A stretch of DNA of 63,571 bases, the filler included, from Stramenopiles sp. TOSAG23-3 (lineage: Eukaryota): assembly GCA_900128585.1 (NCBI GenBank). It is 6 parts of 6 records of this genome, joined end to end, with 100 filler letters (N's around TTAATTAATTAA, not from the genome) between each part and the next. Parts side by side here need not be neighbours in the genome. Positions count along the whole stretch, not along the records: positions 1 to 12,293 come from LT642694.1; 5 more parts are not named here. The stretch is one strand, 5' to 3'. The position numbers and the translations under genes were made by a program. How positions within the stretch are numbered: the stretch's first letter is position 1; every line of letters starts with the position of its first letter. This document shows, one piece after another, positions 1 through 11,256 of the stretch. A model generated the notes under the pieces. The model searched no databases, was not told the DNA's origin, and saw only the letters and a list, made by a program, of their open reading frames with translations.

Positions 1-547
1 TTTTTTAGTTTTATTATTATTTTTATTCTTTAATTTGAAAAATAGAATTTAATTCAATAACTGATTAAGTTAAGGTTAACTTTATATATTTCAATACCAT
101 TGTTATCCTATTTATATATTAACTATTATATATAAACATTAACACTATGTTTCATTTCCTTATTATTAATTTGGTTTTAAATTTATTATTAGAGAATGTC
201 AAAATAGTTTTATTACTTATAATAATAGAACACATAATAATAAAAACACCACAGAGCATGCATTAAAATAACAAAAGTTGTTATTTTAGAGAGAGAGGCC
301 TCCTCTGCTTCTTTCTTCTTGCTTCTTGCTTCTTGCTTCGTAGTTGTTTATTTTATTTACACAATATAATACATAAGTAACAGATTTCAATGAATTAACA
401 AATTCAGTTTACTGATATCTACATATTGCATTTAATTTTCTTCAGTTTGCCTTCCCTGCATACATTTTGTAGATAGCTTGGCTTTTCATTGTTCGTGTCA
501 ATACTATTTTTCTATTTTCTTCGTTTCAACGAACCCTTTCCAACAAT

Positions 548-1810
548 ATGTCGTTCCGTGAACTGCGTAATTTCACGGAGATGATGCGTGCCCTGGGGTA
601 CCCAAGGCTGGTGTCCGTGGACAATTTTCGTAAGCCCCACTTCGCACTTGTGGCGGACATTTTGTACTGGATGGCAATACGGTACGATCCAAACGCCCAT
701 ATCCCAGACGATATCGATACGGAGAACGAACGGGTGAATTTTGTGATGAAGGTGGCCGAACTCTTTGCGACCAAAGCAGGGATCAAGCTGAAGACGAGAC
801 GGCTGTACGCCGCCGACGGGAAGGCCGTCAAGGAGCTCTTGAAGATTTCCACACTCTTGTACTCTGCTCTGCGATCGAACTCCTCGACGACGTCAAGTGC
901 CGAGGCCGAGGACCCCGCTGGGGCCCACGATATCCTGAACAGCAAAGTCACGAACCTGAAAGGGACCAGGGCCCTTGGGAGTGAAATTACGGAGAAAGGA
1001 GCCAACCTGTACGACCTCCTGCTCCAGGAGAAGAACCTGCGGGAGGCGAGGGACAAGGCGCTCACCCTGCTGAACTCCTTGTCCAACAACGACGACGCCA
1101 ACGCCCAGGTCAAGAAGAAGCTGAAGGAGCAGGTGAAGGTTGGCAACGACAACTTGCTCGCGCTGGAGAAACAGGTCAAGGACTTGGATTCGGACACGAA
1201 AAGTTTGGAGAGGAAAATAAAAAAGAGACGGAACGACCTGGAGCGGAACAAGAAGCGCTTGAAAAGCTTGCAAACGGTGCGCCCAGCGTTTATGGACGAG
1301 TACGAAAAGCTCGAGCGCGAGCTGCAGAGGATGTACGAGGTGTACCTCGAACGGTTCCGTAACTTGGACTACATGGAACACCAGTTGGACGAGTACAGTC
1401 TCATGGAGAGCAAGCATCTCATGGCGGGGCAAAAGGAGCAACAAGGGCGCAGAAGACGCTTCGTAGACCAGGAGCGAGATCTTATTTACGGCGAAGTCGG
1501 CCACGATGACGACTTCAACCGTCCGGTGGAACGGCCGTCGGCGGCCCCCGGGCGGCGGGAAGGTAGGCTCAGCAGGGAAGATTTTGACCAGGGGAGGATG
1601 CGCGCGAAAGGGTCGATTGCCGACGGCAGTGACTCCGAGAGCGAACCTAGCGGGTTGAGCGATTCCGACTCCCGGTCGATGAGTGGGTCGGACAGCATGA
1701 GCGCAAGCTCCAATTTGATCGACGACGATGACGATAGTGCCGACGGGTTTTCCGGATCGGACAACGATAAAGGTAGTTTTCGAAGCACCGAATCTGACGA
1801 CGACTTTTAG
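548..1810 (+). CDS. CLUAP1: Clusterin-associated protein 1 / intraflagellar transport protein IFT38
   Basis: N-terminus MSFRELRNFTEMMRALGYPRLVSVDNFRKPHF, then RLYAADGKAVKELLK, KRLKSLQTVRPAFMDEYEKLE and an acidic tail ending DDDF; all typical of CLUAP1. Confidence 0.95.
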   Translation: MSFRELRNFTEMMRALGYPRLVSVDNFRKPHFALVADILYWMAIRYDPNAHIPDDIDTENERVNFVMKVAELFATKAGIKLKTRRLYAADGKAVKELLKISTLLYSALRSNSSTTSSAEAEDPAGAHDILNSKVTNLKGTRALGSEITEKGANLYDLLLQEKNLREARDKALTLLNSLSNNDDANAQVKKKLKEQVKVGNDNLLALEKQVKDLDSDTKSLERKIKKRRNDLERNKKRLKSLQTVRPAFMDEYEKLERELQRMYEVYLERFRNLDYMEHQLDEYSLMESKHLMAGQKEQQGRRRRFVDQERDLIYGEVGHDDDFNRPVERPSAAPGRREGRLSREDFDQGRMRAKGSIADGSDSESEPSGLSDSDSRSMSGSDSMSASSNLIDDDDDSADGFSGSDNDKGSFRSTESDDDF

Positions 1811-1948
1811 GCCCGCGGTAGTATGGTATTTACGGGGTGCCAAAGACAAATGACTGTTCTCTCATGAGTAAGTTTACTTGATATTATTCGCATACACTAA
1901 ATTCTTATATATTCATTTTCCTCTCCATGGCCCACGGCCATGCCTTCT

Positions 1949-4900
1949 TTACGGCGTCTCAAGCTTCTCCTCCTCTTTGTGCTCGTCATCACTATCGTCC
2001 TCCTCCGAGTCGCTGCTGTCTTCGCCTGCCACCGACGCGTTCACGGCCGCTTTCCGGTTCTTGTACTTGCGGCATAGTTGAACCGCGTACAAGATGCACA
2101 AGGTACCCAAGATCGCGCAATTTTGTGCCATCTCGTACTCCATCGTCAGCATATCTGCGCTGGACATGTCCCACGGTGGTTTGTACGGGCATGTGCCGGC
2201 GTCTTCGACGCACATTCCGCCGGCCTCGCCCTGGCTCAAGAGCCACGCGAAACCCTTCACCGTCTGCTTTTCCAGCTGCTTCTCATCTTGTTTCCCCAGG
2301 ACGTTGCACGTTTCTTGGCGTGTGACCGTGTTGCCGTCGATGTCTTTGAAAATGCGCCTGCAGCGGCCAAAGTGCCAGATGTAATCTCCATCGGGCACCT
2401 TGTCTTTCATAAAGTACTTCAATGGCTTACCGGCGTCCGAGAGCGGAACATGACGGAATGCCCACGGTTTCCCATCGACAGCGTTTCCCCCTCTCTCAAC
2501 CCAGTGCTTGCACCACTTTGGCCCGTCTGGGTGATCCTCCCCGAGTACGTTCCCTTTGTCGTCCGTTAAGTTCCAGAACCACATCAAGCGGCCCCCGACC
2601 TCCCCGCCAAACAGCTTCTTCTTCTTCTCTCGGTCCTCGTCTGGGAGCATGTAGTAGTCCCTGGAGCGTTGGTTGATACGATCCGCGTCGGGTTTCCGCG
2701 CCTTCAGCCCGGCAGGAAGGTACCAGTAGCATGTCCCCCAAGTATTTTCCAGGACAATACCCCACATGCACATACCGTAGGCCAGCGTTATCATTGGGTC
2801 CGAGCGGCTCCATGTGAAAGCGATAAGGACTAAGGCGACGAACGAAAGCGAGACGTTGGCCCACCCCTGTACCACCCAGCTCCCTACGTACACGAACGGT
2901 TCGGGTATGGTGGCGACGATGAAATGCGCCATCATAAGAATGCAAATGAAGGAAATCAGCCCAATGTACAACGATATAGGGATGTGAAACAGCCAAAACT
3001 CGAGGGACGATACATATTTATTTTTGCGGTTTAGCTGCCGGTACATCCGCTTCCACTTGATCTCGCGCCGGATGGGGTCCAGGTGAGCGTTTGTCAGCTC
3101 GAACTGCACCTTTTCCTTGTCAATGTCGTCCTTCGCAATTTCCGTCACGACATACGGAAAAGCCCCACTGTACTTATACAACTTAATCAGCGACCATAGC
3201 AGGAGGAAAACTGCAATCGTGGACACCCAGAAGAAGCGGAACAAGAACGATATCATAAAGGCTATGTTGTAAAAACACGCGTACATGAAATTGTTCCCGA
3301 TGCCCGTGATCCACCGCCTGTAAGCGATCGTGGTCAGCTGCCAGCGGTGGAACTTAGGGATTCCGAGGTAGTTCCTCACCCCAGGAATTATGCTGAAGGG
3401 GTTGGGAAAGACCATCCATTGCGTGGTGGGCCCCCGGATCAGCAGCACCTGCCCCAGCTCCCGATCCCGTTCTTGGTGGTACGACGAGGAGGGTAGCAGA
3501 GACTCATGGGGAAGCATCTGCAGAAGCACCCATATCCCCAGCCACGCGTAGATAACGAAAAAAGCCTTGAAGGTCACGTTGTGGGGCATGATGGTTACGG
3601 ACGCCGAGTACTTGTTAATGTCACCTTTCGGGGCGTCGACGTCGCGGGCCACGAGTCCGCACGTCCGGTGGTTGATCGGCGGTGTGCCCGGGAACCCGAG
3701 CAGCTTGTACCCCCACGACGACGCCAACAAATTTACGAGGACCATCGCAAAGAACGTCACTGCGTTGCCGAACTGCATCGACACCGTGAGGATAACTGTC
3801 AACCGGGTCCGCCAGCGCGGCTTGTACAACAGCCGGACCATCATCGACCCCAGGCTCGTCACGGCGGCGCACGTGACGATCAAGGCCAGCATTGCGCTGT
3901 AGATCATAAGCCAAAAACTGGACCCTAGCTTGCTCTGCTCGTTCATCACGCCCATGGAGCGGTATTCGTTCCACTGTGCGGACGCAAGTGTCGTAAGGCA
4001 GTAAGCCACCGTAAGTCCGGCGGCGGTGTCACTTCGCGTAACCACTAAGTGCATTGCCAGAAAAAAAAACAGAAAGATCATCACGAGGGCCCACTCAAAC
4101 TGCCAGCCAAAGCCGTTCCACTCCGCCGCCTTCAACGCAGTGGCGCAAACGATGATGGTATTGAAGCTCACCCACATGATCATGATGGACAAGGGGGTCC
4201 AAACGAACCACCGCTCGCGATAAGAGACACGGCCGGTCGACCGCAGGCCGACTTCCAGGCGCCAGTACAGGATGGACAGGCTAAGGAGGACCGCGAAAAT
4301 GAGCGGCACCGCCAGGAAGAAAGCTTCATTCTGAAACGCCACCAAAAAACCACCCAGAAACACCTGGTGAAGGGCAAACAACACGTCAAAAATGCCAAGG
4401 ATGCCGGACCGTGACTTTATTTCCCCCGGCAGGCTGATGGTAAGAACGATCAGGGCGTCCAGGGCGATGTAGGATCCCCAACTCGACAGGCCCTTGGCCG
4501 ACGGGGTGACGTATGTCGGGTACTTCCTGATCAGGTACCCGCACGTCTGCCCGCCAATTTGCCCACTCCGGGCACCGACTACGGTTATCAGAAGCGTCAG
4601 GAACGCGGCGATGTTGATCATTTGAAAAACCGTCCCCATCCACTTTCGCACCAAGAACCGCCTGGTGTCGGTGTGCTTGGGGAACCAATTGTGGACGCGG
4701 ACGAACCGGTTCAAGACCACGCTAACGTGGGTGCCCTGCGTCGCGTTGCTCAGCCGAATCAAATAAGGGGACACTTCGTCCATCTCGTCTTCGGGGTGCA
4801 CCCCCAAAAACATCCCGACCGTGTGTATCACCGTCTTGACACTGTCAACGGGTAGCTGGTCCACGTATTGCTTCCGCTTTGTGTACAGCATGTCCAAATG

Positions 4901-6190
4901 GTTCTCGATGATGTCTGGGGGTTCGGCGCACACGTAGTATATGTGCTCCAAATTATCGTAGTTTGTTACCTTTCCGTTCGTGTCGAATATGTGCGCCCAC
5001 AGTTTGTCTATGTCCGCCATTCCACGGCACCGGTGCCCCCGCAACCACATGCAGGCGGCGTTCACGCTCTCGTGAGTGGCCCTGATCAGCCCGCGGCGGC
5101 TGAAGCTGGACGCCACGTCGTTGTACACTATTATGTCGAAGTAGACGCCCGCTTCGAGCTGTTCCACCAGCACCCGGCACAAGTCACGGACGACGAACCG
5201 CATTCGGTCTATCACCTCGTTTTGCTCGGTCGTGAACGTGGCGTCCATGATGTATGTGTTCGGGATGATGAACAGGACGCGCTTCCCTTGCACCCGGCCA
5301 AACAGGGTCGACCGGGGGTACCCGGACATGGCCGCCAGGTGCTGCGCCGCCCGGTCGTAAACTTGCTCCCCCTGGTCGTAGAAGAAGGCGAGGTCCAGGA
5401 TCAGCCACCGGTTTTCCGTGTCGAGCATATAGTCTAAAATCTTCACCATGATCGTGAACCGCACGTGCACGTCGCTGATGGACTTCAGCAACATGGCTAT
5501 TTCCCGGGCGGTAAACCCGGTGACGTTGTGACGCAGGAAGTCCAGCATGGAAATGATCCTGTCCGTGTCGCCCTCTTTCACCCACTTCATCACCAGGGTA
5601 AATGTCTGACTGTGGTTCATCACCTCGGCGTGCAGGGTGACCGCCTTGGCGACCGCTTCCACCTGATCGGTACTGAACCTGGACTTGTGAAGGGTGGCGT
5701 CGATCTCTTCTATTTGGCGGACGTTCTTCGACTTGAAATTCCGCACCGTCAACGGGGGCAAGGGTTGCCCGTCCACGATCGGGTTCTTGATGAACGCCAT
5801 GTCCAGTAGGAACTGTTTGACGTACGGGCGAACGAGCACGTCAAAGTGGTCCAGGATCGTGTACTTATCCTCCATCCCCATTATTCTCAGCAAAAATATT
5901 TCCAGTACGTCGATTTTGTCGTTCTCGCTATCGCACAGTTTTAGCAAGGAGATGAAATTGGGCAGGGTGAACAACTTGTGCACTACCAAACTTCGCATCA
6001 CGGACCGGGACCTTCTGCGCCCCTTGATTTTCCGCAGTGTGTTCCATATGTGTTTTGCCTCGTCTGGTCCAACCACGGAATGGTGTCGGTTCGTGTCCTG
6101 GTTCACTACATCCATTTCCGTCGCCCGGACCAGCTTGCTCCATATTTCGACATGCCGCCGCTCGCTCTCTATCTCACTCTTAGTCGCCAT
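1949..6190 (-). CDS. 1413-aa membrane protein: DUF4476-like helical repeats, degenerate VWA domain, two TspO/DUF1774-like multi-TM modules
   Basis: Long ORF. Repeated FT/FSxxQ...LL...D..N...IL motifs; VWA3-like STLFGRVQGKRVLFII...FDIIVY...IHTVGM...LSNATQG; two hydrophobic modules with PTYVTP/VTIMP and WTPLSIMIMW/FHIPISLYIG motifs. Confidence 0.6.
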   Translation of the reverse strand: MATKSEIESERRHVEIWSKLVRATEMDVVNQDTNRHHSVVGPDEAKHIWNTLRKIKGRRRSRSVMRSLVVHKLFTLPNFISLLKLCDSENDKIDVLEIFLLRIMGMEDKYTILDHFDVLVRPYVKQFLLDMAFIKNPIVDGQPLPPLTVRNFKSKNVRQIEEIDATLHKSRFSTDQVEAVAKAVTLHAEVMNHSQTFTLVMKWVKEGDTDRIISMLDFLRHNVTGFTAREIAMLLKSISDVHVRFTIMVKILDYMLDTENRWLILDLAFFYDQGEQVYDRAAQHLAAMSGYPRSTLFGRVQGKRVLFIIPNTYIMDATFTTEQNEVIDRMRFVVRDLCRVLVEQLEAGVYFDIIVYNDVASSFSRRGLIRATHESVNAACMWLRGHRCRGMADIDKLWAHIFDTNGKVTNYDNLEHIYYVCAEPPDIIENHLDMLYTKRKQYVDQLPVDSVKTVIHTVGMFLGVHPEDEMDEVSPYLIRLSNATQGTHVSVVLNRFVRVHNWFPKHTDTRRFLVRKWMGTVFQMINIAAFLTLLITVVGARSGQIGGQTCGYLIRKYPTYVTPSAKGLSSWGSYIALDALIVLTISLPGEIKSRSGILGIFDVLFALHQVFLGGFLVAFQNEAFFLAVPLIFAVLLSLSILYWRLEVGLRSTGRVSYRERWFVWTPLSIMIMWVSFNTIIVCATALKAAEWNGFGWQFEWALVMIFLFFFLAMHLVVTRSDTAAGLTVAYCLTTLASAQWNEYRSMGVMNEQSKLGSSFWLMIYSAMLALIVTCAAVTSLGSMMVRLLYKPRWRTRLTVILTVSMQFGNAVTFFAMVLVNLLASSWGYKLLGFPGTPPINHRTCGLVARDVDAPKGDINKYSASVTIMPHNVTFKAFFVIYAWLGIWVLLQMLPHESLLPSSSYHQERDRELGQVLLIRGPTTQWMVFPNPFSIIPGVRNYLGIPKFHRWQLTTIAYRRWITGIGNNFMYACFYNIAFMISFLFRFFWVSTIAVFLLLWSLIKLYKYSGAFPYVVTEIAKDDIDKEKVQFELTNAHLDPIRREIKWKRMYRQLNRKNKYVSSLEFWLFHIPISLYIGLISFICILMMAHFIVATIPEPFVYVGSWVVQGWANVSLSFVALVLIAFTWSRSDPMITLAYGMCMWGIVLENTWGTCYWYLPAGLKARKPDADRINQRSRDYYMLPDEDREKKKKLFGGEVGGRLMWFWNLTDDKGNVLGEDHPDGPKWCKHWVERGGNAVDGKPWAFRHVPLSDAGKPLKYFMKDKVPDGDYIWHFGRCRRIFKDIDGNTVTRQETCNVLGKQDEKQLEKQTVKGFAWLLSQGEAGGMCVEDAGTCPYKPPWDMSSADMLTMEYEMAQNCAILGTLCILYAVQLCRKYKNRKAAVNASVAGEDSSDSEEDDSDDEHKEEEKLETP

Positions 6191-6710
6191 GCTGAACGAG
6201 CGAGCACTCGGGGCGGGGAAGAGGGAGGTGGATTGAGCGGGCGATGTGTTAAATTTTTAGGCGGGGGTGGCCGAGAATGGGGACAAGACGGCGACCTTAG
6301 AAATAAAAATGCGTGATCTTTACGATCGGTGGGTGGATGAGTGGATGTGTGACCGAAACGAGTTGTTGTTATTGTGTTCGTTAGTGTGTTGGATGATGAT
6401 GATTATAGAAGAGTGTAATTTTAGTCCAGCGGTTATATTTTTATCATTATAATTATATTAATAATTATTAACCATTTTTTTCTCATTTTTTTTTCCAATC
6501 GTCGTTTCTCATGAAGTTGTTGTACTTGTATATGTATAAAGTATTCTAATTTTATAATTGTATGTTATATAATATATAACCTACAAGTGAATTTCCTATC
6601 TATTTTTTCCTTTTTTTTGTTGTTCTTGTAGTTGAACTGTATTGTATATATCCTATCACTTTTAACAAGGAATACAAATAGCATTGCGACAAAAAGAAAG
6701 AAAGGTGGAG

Positions 6711-6773
6711 GAAGGAAGGAAGGAAGGAAGGAAGGAAGGAAGGAATGAAGGCAGGAAGGAAGGAAGGAAGGAA
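6711..6773. repeat. (GAAG)n microsatellite
   Basis: Tandem GAAG units read directly. Confidence 0.9.
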
Positions 6774-7685
6774 GAAAAGGGGCCCTATGCTATTCTGTGG
6801 TATTTTTACTATCTGTAAAAGATTTCAGAAATCTTCAAAGGAAATTGATCATAAAATGCCTATGTGTTTATACAATAACAATACAATAAAACTAAAAACA
6901 ATATTGCTTTAATACATTTATCCAACGTATAAGTACACTCAAAGATCGTACTTTTTATCTTCTATTTTAATGTTAAACCTATATTATTTAAAAATGGAAG
7001 ACAAACCTAATCTTTAGAAACTTTCATATTACCTATATATCAATGGTAAAAACAAGGTCGTCGTAGTGAAATGGAGAGTTTTTTATCATCTTTCTTCTTC
7101 TTCTTCGGGTAAAACAAAAAAATATACCTACACGTTTATATAACGTTAACTCTTTATAAAATGATTCTCATTTTAATTTCAATTATACGTATTTAATATT
7201 TACATTTATAATGGGTTTAAATAACTTTAATTTGTAACTTACATTCATGGAGGAATGGACTCGTTTCTGAAGAAAAAAAGATTAAAAATAAAATGCTATT
7301 ATTATTTTGGTTTTGGTAGTATAAGTTTAAAAGGGAAATACAATGAAGCAAACAAGAAAAAATGAGAGTGTGCCCAGGGGGGGGGTAGTAAAAAGTAAGT
7401 TCAGAAGCAAGTATATGTACATATGTAGCATAGTCTATACTGACCAACGAGAGAAGCATGTGCAAAAGAAAGAAAGCCATTTACACTGGAATACAGATGT
7501 TCGATTTAAAGAGATACGAAGAATGGAAGGAAGGTTCGTTTGTAATTAGAACAGACATTTCAAACAGAGGTTCCTATCCCATTCCATTAATTTGGTGCGT
7601 TAAACCCCATTATTGGAGTGTATACGGTTTTGTGGTGCGTCCAATATTGTTTGAACAACAAGCAAACAGGACACCAACGTCCAGC

Positions 7686-8778
7686 ATGGCGGCATTTCGT
7701 GCGATCCCACCGAGGGATGCCCCGTCATCGACATTTCTCACGCTGCGTGTTGGCAAGGTTCCCCCGACGAACCCGCGAACTCCCCGTGCCGTGGTGCCCA
7801 ACCAGCAGGAGGAGAAAGCGACGACCGTGTCCAGCCCGAAAATGTCGAAGCGGTACAAGAAGTCCGCGCGGAAGGGCACGCCCTCAAAAAAGTCGTCCGG
7901 CGTAAAGCGCTCCTTGTCCAAGACCGAGAGGAAGAAAACCAGCGGCAGTAACGGCGAGGGGGGCGACAGGAAAAAGGCATCGTCGGGGGGGCGGCAGTGG
8001 ACCATGGTCAAGGGCAAGGACGGGCGGCTCCACAAGCGGCAGCGGAGGGAAAAGTGGACGGACGCGGAGCACGATGCGTTTATCGAAGGGATGAAGCTTT
8101 TCAAGCGGGACTGGGAGCTGATTGCAGAGCACGTCAAGACGAAGAACGCCGTGCAGGTCCGCACGCACGCATATAGTCACTTCAACCGGAGGGTCCGTGG
8201 CAACCTTCCCGGCGTAGTCACTGCGATAGTCACGCGCGTGTGGAACAATGACATCGACGCCATCCCGCGGGACCCCTTTGAGATCCTTCGGCAGAACGAG
8301 TCCCTCGCGTCCCGCATCACCCCCTCCGCCGCGGCCGAAATCGCGGCCAAGATGGCCCTGAACGGTGGGCCAACCAATGTCTCCAGGGGGGGGGGGCACC
8401 CCTAGAAGCGAAGCCATCAAGACGGCGGCCGCCAGGCAGAATAGTCCATCCCACACGTTTTTAAAGGCCGCGGAACAGCTCAAGCAGCAGCAAGAGGCTG
8501 GCGCGGCGAAGAAGGCGAAGCCCACCCCAGCCAAGCAAACGGGCCCACTGCCGATGCTCCTTGACAACCTCGAGAAGACCGCGCTGAACAAGGCCCGTCT
8601 TGTTCGGTCAAAAGAGTGGTGCCATTCCCCGGGCTTTCCGCCACACCCAGTTGTTCCAGCACCACAAAAAACCATCTCCATGTCTTACAAATTTCGTTAC
8701 GCAAGTTCCCCCGTGCCGATATCGTTGTACGAGGGGACCGGGACGTACCCAGGCCCACCCTCACCCCTTAAAATATAA
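7686..8778 (+). CDS. Single-repeat Myb/SANT (SHAQKYF-class) transcription factor; apparent frameshift at G11 8386-8396
   Basis: REKWTDAEHDAFIEGMKLFKRDWELIAEHVKTKNAVQVRTHAYSHF is a Myb repeat. ATG at 7686 lies at the AT-to-GC transition. Coding-like GC-rich sequence continues in the +1 frame (ORF 8365-8778). Confidence 0.8.
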
Positions 8779-9679
8779 AACAAAACAAAACAACAACAAA
8801 ATGCGCACGCCTGAAGGATCCCCACGGCTTTTAGAACGCTCTCTAATTGGCAACCAGACTGGTGCGTATGCATGCAAATGCAGAATGCATTAAATTATTT
8901 AAAAATTAAATGAATTTATCTTTTCAACGAAACTGAAGAAAAGAAGTAGAAGGAACAACAACTTCGTTGTCATTCATATCATTCCTAATTTCTAATAGAA
9001 ACCAAAGAAGGTCACGGAATAGATAGTGTTTTACTCTTCTAGATTTATTATATTATGGTATAGGTATCGATTCCGTATTCTATACCAGTTCTATATGTAT
9101 ACAATATATTTATATTATTTTTATAATTCTGTCCTTTTTTGCCTTCTTTCTTCTTCTTCTCTTTCTTATTTTTCTTCTCTGTCTTCTTCTTCTTTCTTTT
9201 TGTTTTGTTTCATTTTGTTTTTTGTGTTTGTTTGTTGTGTTTTTTTTGATAATAATATTTATTATAATATATAGGTTTATTATTATTTATTATAGGTTTA
9301 TTAATATTATTAATATTGTTGATTCATTTTTTTTTGCATCTCTTTCTTCTTTTCTTCTTTTCTTCTCGTCTTCTTCTTATTATTCTTCTTCTTCTTCTTT
9401 TTTTAAAAATATATTACTTTTTTTTTATTATTATATTAATATAATACCTTGGTAATATAAAAATATTATAGATGGTATTGAAAAGTGTGTACAATTCATC
9501 GCATGATACCAATCTACTTTCTCTATGTTCAGTATCAATCCTTTTCTACTCCGTTGAATTGCATTTGTTCGCATATACATTCATACACGCCCAACTAATT
9601 CGTTGATTAGAGCGTACAACATAGAAGGAGGCCCTCCGTCCATCCAAGAAGAAAACACCACCACCAACAGTGAACTGCG

Positions 9680-10732
9680 ATGGCGGCACTGACGGAAAGG
9701 GAAGCCGCGGTGTATGACCGTCAAATACGACTATGGGGTGTGGAGGCGCAGAAACGATTGCAGAACTCGCGGGTTTTAATATGTGGGTTCAAAGGGTTGG
9801 GGGCGGAAGTCGCGAAGAATCTGTCGCTTGCTGGGTTCAGCATTAGTGTCCTAGACGCGGAGCAGGTCCAACCCGTCGACCTGGGGGCAAACTTCTTCCT
9901 CTCGTCGGACGATGTGGGGAAGAACCGGGCGGAGGCAGCGCTGCCAAGGCTGAAGGAGCTGAATCCGTTGGTGCAGATGGAGGCGCTGAGCTTAACTATC
10001 GCCCAGGTAACGGAGGCCGTGGTCCAACGGTTCAACTGCGTCCTGATCACTTCGAACGTCCCGATGGAGGAGCAGATACGCATCAACGAACTCTGCCGGA
10101 AGCACGGGGTGAACTTCTTTGCAGGGTCGACGTACGGCGGCGTGGGGGTCTTCTTCGCCGATCTTGGCGCGTCGTACACTTGCACCGTAAAACAGACGCA
10201 TCAAGAGCACGTCAGGGAAATCGAGCAAAGTGGGAGCGTGGAGACTGTGGAACAGGCTCTTGCAGAGCCGAAAATGCTCACAAAGACGCTGGCATTTCCA
10301 GACCTGAAAACGAGCAATTCGACGCCGTGGAAGGACCTGATGAACCGCCGGTTCGGGACGCCCTCCTTGTACTTTGGGGTCCAGATACTGTACCGGTTTC
10401 AAAAGGTCGTTGGGCGCCCCGCGGACTCGACGAAGGACGAGGACTGGAAGACTCTTTGCTATCTTGCGACCGACATGGCCGTGGAGCAGGGCGAAGCGGA
10501 CGCTGGGGCGTTTGTCTCGGAGCGCGTCCTCGACATGCTCTGGCGGACCATTGGCGCCGAGCTGAGCCCCGTCTGCGCCGTCCTTGGCGGTATTGTTGGT
10601 CAGGAAATTGTTAAAGTGATTGCTCGAAAAGGGGAGCCGCTGTGGGAATCGAAGGGTGGGAACTGGATATTTTTGGATACGATGGGCCAGACGGACCAGA
10701 AGGGAGGGGCCGTCGTAAAGTCTATCCCATGA
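9680..10732 (+). CDS. SAE1: SUMO-activating enzyme subunit 1 (Aos1)
   Basis: EAAVYDRQIRLWGVEAQKRL, GLGAEVAKNLSLAG, ELNPLV, ELSPVCAVLGGIVGQEIVK; 350 aa. Confidence 0.92.
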   Translation: MAALTEREAAVYDRQIRLWGVEAQKRLQNSRVLICGFKGLGAEVAKNLSLAGFSISVLDAEQVQPVDLGANFFLSSDDVGKNRAEAALPRLKELNPLVQMEALSLTIAQVTEAVVQRFNCVLITSNVPMEEQIRINELCRKHGVNFFAGSTYGGVGVFFADLGASYTCTVKQTHQEHVREIEQSGSVETVEQALAEPKMLTKTLAFPDLKTSNSTPWKDLMNRRFGTPSLYFGVQILYRFQKVVGRPADSTKDEDWKTLCYLATDMAVEQGEADAGAFVSERVLDMLWRTIGAELSPVCAVLGGIVGQEIVKVIARKGEPLWESKGGNWIFLDTMGQTDQKGGAVVKSIP

Positions 10733-10845
10733 CGATGTGAGTGTAGCCGGATATATTTTCCTGTTGGTGTGTGGTAAGCTTTAAATTTATCTCAATATAT
10801 AAACAAGTTTTAAGCGACAAGAAGTGAATTTGTAAATTTAATTTT

Positions 10846-11040
10846 TAAAACAAAAATTGGCTCGCGCTGCTATTTAAATAATTAAAATTTAGCTTTCTCA
10901 TGTACCTGTAAATTTAATTAATAATTGATACAAGAGTGTATTAAAAAAAAATTATAATAGTAGTATTATAATTTGTTTTTTTTTAGGTACGACGAAGCTA
11001 AATTTAATTACTTAAATAACAGCCAATTTTCTTGTTTTTA
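10846..11040. repeat. Imperfect inverted repeat of about 60 bp (MITE-like or hairpin); member of a dispersed family
   Basis: 10846-10907 is close to the reverse complement of 10985-11040. The 25 nt at 11006-11030 are identical to 59944-59968. Confidence 0.7.
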
Positions 11041-11256
11041 GACTTCTAGTTTGGTGCAAGTGCCCGGATTTCCATCTGATCGTCTATTATGGGCAATACA
11101 CAGTAAAGGCCGACGTGTACACGAGCTGATTTAAAACTTATTTCTTCGAGGTATACTATTAGATCTTTTCTTTTTTTTATAGGGGGTTCCGTTTTTTCCC
11201 CGCCACGTTTTTTTCTCTGCATTTTCTCAATTCCCGCGGCGGGAATTGAGTTAAAC

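Noticed and set aside
893-1849. Long antisense or alternative-frame ORFs (also 33242-34570, 38565-39662, 56072-57838 and many more)
   Set aside because: Shadows of GC-rich real genes; no recognisable motifs.
7458-7685. Upstream extensions of ORF-track starts (also NFU1, UTP10, CPT1, TTLL9, MFI)
   Set aside because: They mostly begin at non-ATG codons or lie in AT-rich leader sequence; downstream ATGs match family N-termini or the GC transition.
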